Shown here: in pieces, positions 62,840 to 64,000 of the stretch
Layout: each line of letters starts with the position of its first letter
Numbering within the stretch: the first letter of the stretch is position 1
Origin: Amphiscolops sp. MND2022
Lineage: Eukaryota
Length of the DNA stretch: 64,000 bases
NCBI GenBank assembly: GCA_964187785.1
Contig: OZ076409.1
Location: forward strand, 93,188,001-93,252,000
Direction: 5' to 3'
Notes under the pieces: generated by a model
The model's database searches: none
What the model was told of the DNA's origin: nothing
What the model saw: the letters and a program-made list of their open reading frames with translations, nothing else
Program-made: the position numbers and the translations under genes

Positions 62840-63139
62840 CAGCTTACGTTTGAGCAAATCAGCTATAATTGGTTCAAAGAGATTCACCTGTTCTGTCGTT
62901 CTCAAAATCCCTCGAAATAATCAGTGATACGGTGACAAAAACTTATACAAATTTGAAGAAAAAATCAAGCTTAGTTGTCCGAAATTTCCGTAATACTCAT
63001 CACACGAGTTTCAAACAATAAAGAACATGAATGAGATTGAATTTCAAGAAGCGTTTCACTATGAAATTCATCAATCAACTGATAGTCAGTACTTTATATT
63101 TATGCAGCATGTACCTATCAATTAGGTTTGACAGTCACT

Positions 63140-63915
63140 GTTTTTAGTTGGCGCTTTCAGGAAAAAGGTACAAGATTCTTACTTTGGCAGATTTTTTGCA
63201 GATGTTCAGTTCGTTCAACACCTTTAGTGGTTTCATACCGTCCATTTGACCTATTAAATAAAGTGGGAGACTAAGTGCGCGGGCTCAAATCCCGGCTGGA
63301 CAAATTTTTAGATATAAACAAGCCGGGAACGTCCCAAGTCGGCGTCATATCTAAGGCTCAATAATATTCAAGGAAAAACTCATTCTTTTGTGAAGTTTTT
63401 CATTTATCACAGTGCCGAAAAAACCCTGAAAAGGTTCTCCCCGAAACTCGAAAACAGTTTTTTTTCTGCACTGGAAACATCAGAGAAAACTAATTTTCTT
63501 TGCAAAAAAATTAAAATTTTTCAAAAAGTGTTTGGTAAAAAAGTCGCATAATGCCGAAAAACCCAAAAAGAGACCCTTTAGATTCATTAAACGTTTTTAC
63601 AAACCGACAACTTCAAAAAAATGAAGGGGGTACCTCTTGATAGATTTCGGAAAAAAAATTGTATAAATGTCACATAGTGCCGAAAAAAAGTCGCATAGTG
63701 CTTTTGGTCTACCCTCTACTTTTGGAAACAAAAAAAACTTGTGGTTTAGTGCGAGACTCGAACCCTACGTTCTCCTTCTGAAAGTCTGAAGCTTCTGAAA
63801 GTCTGAACAGAAAACGTCTGAATGAACAGAAGAAGTGGACCGATCGCGTTGAACTGACGAAAAAAACTAGTTGCTGTGAGAGTCGTGCATTTTCTTCGAA
63901 AACGCCGACTAAAAA
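63140..63915. mobile_element. Two HINE-like repeats: 5' fragment on + (63140-~63310) and full copy on - (63316-63915)
   Basis: GTTTTTAGTTGGCGC at 63140, AAACAAGCCGGGAACGTCCCAAGTCGGCG at 63316 and CGCCGACTAAAAA at 63903-63915. Confidence 0.62.
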
Positions 63916-64000
63916 TGTAAATGAGACCAAGGGTCTCGCCTTTGATGTTTTTACTTGCCGCTGTATGTTTTTTCTTTTTAAAAAATAATGTTTCATTGTT

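Overview
AT-rich, transposon-dense eukaryotic (animal-like) genomic DNA. The centrepiece is a full-length but partly decayed Maverick/Polinton (adintovirus-like endogenous virus) at 26215-43625. It has AGTAGTAGT-ended TIRs and a CCCTTA target-site duplication, and encodes a protein-primed PolB with an EndoVII/HNH-like insert, major and minor capsid proteins, an rve integrase, an adenain-like protease and two A32/FtsK-HerA-like ATPases. It sits inside a ~34 kb intron of a host rhodopsin-class GPCR gene whose exons can be read at 12659-12821 and 47066-47762. Also present: a degenerate Gypsy (Mag-like) LTR element (4042-9214, minus), a young non-autonomous Gypsy element with 1.56 kb LTRs (51004-60767, plus), about 10 Helentron/HINE-like repeats and several MITE-like elements. 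Unusual features cluster in the Maverick: (i) a candidate Pol III, tRNA-like structured RNA next to the left TIR (VA-RNA-like architecture); (ii) GC-GNA-GC / GC-GNNA-GC mini-hairpin motifs scattered through its genes on both strands; (iii) a second, apparently membrane-anchored ATPase; (iv) a five-copy accordion of a membrane-active gene; (v) a duplicated right terminus enclosing an inverted copy of the left host flank; (vi) a near-universal ATAAATG gene start. All homology calls come from motif recognition by eye; no searches were run.
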